Assembly (NCBI GenBank): GCA_024654565.1 | Contig: JANLHM010000001.1 | Span: 36,905-60,904 of the forward strand | DNA from: Nanobdellota archaeon | Lineage (GTDB): Archaea; Nanobdellota; Nanobdellia; Pacearchaeales; GW2011-AR1 | Length of the DNA stretch: 24,000 nucleotides | Direction of reading: 5' to 3' | Shown: in pieces, positions 23,264 to 24,000 of the stretch | How positions within the stretch are numbered: the stretch's first letter is position 1 | How the letters are laid out: every line of letters begins with the position of its first letter | The notes under the pieces: model-generated | What the model saw: the letters and a program-made list of their open reading frames with translations, nothing else | Database searches by the model: none | Told to the model about the DNA's origin: nothing | Translations under genes and position numbers: made by a program

Positions 23264-23617
23264 ATGAATACAATTAGTAAATTTTACTATGATGAAAAAA
23301 AATTGTTTCCCATAAAAAATTCCAAAGTAGTGTAATTGTTGACACTTCGTTTTATGATTTTAAACAGATGTTATTCAATAAAGAAGAAAATTATTTTGTC
23401 CTAGATGATGCAGAATTAGATTCTAAAAAAGGACATACTCTAAATGTATTAAGTTTTGGTAAAAGTTCTGATAAAAAAAGATTATTCTTTAATTGAGGAA
23501 ATTCTTGAATCAAATAAATTCATAAAAAATTGTCTAACGGTATTATTGAAAAAGTTTTTAATATCCGATTTTTTATGTGATTCCCAAATATTTAAAACAC
23601 CTTTCTTTCTTAATTGA
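23264..23617 (+). pseudogene. Possible decayed or frameshifted small gene (three consecutive ORF fragments in frames 2, 1, 2)
   Basis: Fragment A is 23264-23335 (MNTISKFYYDEKKLFPIKNSKVV*). Fragment B is open 23296-23496 (...VIVDTSFYDFKQMLFNKEENYFVLDDAELDSKKGHTLNVLSFGKSSDKKRLFFN*). Fragment C is open 23453-23617 (...IEEILESNKFIKNCLTVLLKKF...*). The frame changes coincide with an A8 run (23294-23301) and an A7 run (23473-23479). Confidence 0.3.
23588..23597 (+). promoter_or_regulatory. TATA-like box for the aRF1 gene
   Basis: atatttaaaa lies 23-32 nt upstream of the ATG at 23620. Confidence 0.3.
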
Positions 23618-23619
23618 GT

Positions 23620-24000
23620 ATGGCACTCCAGAAATTAACAAGGTCTGAACTTGAAGAGTTCATAAAGGGAATGAAAGTCCACCGGGGAAGAGCAACTGAA
23701 CTAATCACAGTTTACATTCCTGAGGGGTATGACGTCAATGCTGTTCAGCGTCAGCTTGAGGCGGAAAAGTCTACAGCAAAGAACATAAAATCCACTTCCA
23801 CAAGGAAAAACGTTTCTGATTCACTTGACAAAATCGTTAGAATTTTAAAAGATTATAAGGTGACTCCTGAAAAAGGGATGGCCCTTTTTGCAGGAAATGT
23901 CAGTGAAGTTGAGGGGGAATCTGATATACAAAGTTGGGAGATTGAACCTCCTGAAAGTGTAAGGGTGAGGCTTTACAGGTGTGACAAAGAGTTTGTTCTT
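23620..24000 (+). CDS. prf1: Peptide chain release factor aRF1, N-terminal part (gene continues past the right edge)
   Basis: My own translation is MALQKLTRSELEEFIKGMKVHRGRATELITVYIPEGYDVNAVQRQLEAEKSTAKNIKSTSTRKNV..., which contains the NIKS stop-codon recognition motif. It stays in frame to position 24000. It is absent from the ORF track because it is open-ended. Confidence 0.9.
   Translation, partial: MALQKLTRSELEEFIKGMKVHRGRATELITVYIPEGYDVNAVQRQLEAEKSTAKNIKSTSTRKNVSDSLDKIVRILKDYKVTPEKGMALFAGNVSEVEGESDIQSWEIEPPESVRVRLYRCDKEFVL

Overview
AT-rich (about one-third G+C by eye), very gene-dense archaeal window. The marker set is ribosomal proteins S8e and L15e, an Sm/LSm protein, aRF1 with a NIKS motif, NAC, Sec61-beta, Bud32, RNase Z, MetRS and an archaeal-type ValRS. 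Three tRNA genes lack an encoded CCA. Intergenic spacers are tiny, and TATA-like boxes sit about 21-35 nt upstream of many start codons. Together this suggests a small-genome, possibly DPANN-like archaeon; that lineage call is inference. Most of the window is translation, RNA-processing and protein-folding housekeeping. Six things stand out. (1) At the left end, a four-gene minus-strand cluster (337-2141) pairs a membrane-anchored PD-(D/E)xK nuclease-like protein with three uncharacterised partners, two of them tandem paralogs sharing a histidine hendecad motif. (2) A roughly 1245-aa secreted, acidic, cysteine-rich protein (2474-6208) has two Cys-module blocks and an internal duplication. (3) tRNA-Gln is followed by two degenerate tandem units, each seeded by a copy of the tRNA's 3' terminus. 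The tRNA-Gln and tRNA-Arg trailers are each antisense to their own T-loop. (4) A 253-bp MITE-like element (20538-20790) has 17/18-bp terminal inverted repeats and a perfect 9-bp target-site duplication. (5) There are two paralogous MinD/ParA ATPases, one translationally coupled to an unknown 147-aa protein. (6) A likely decayed ORF between valS and aRF1 changes frame at poly-A runs. I found no rRNA, CRISPR array, transposase or integrase. All functional calls rest on motifs read by eye from the translations; no searches were run.
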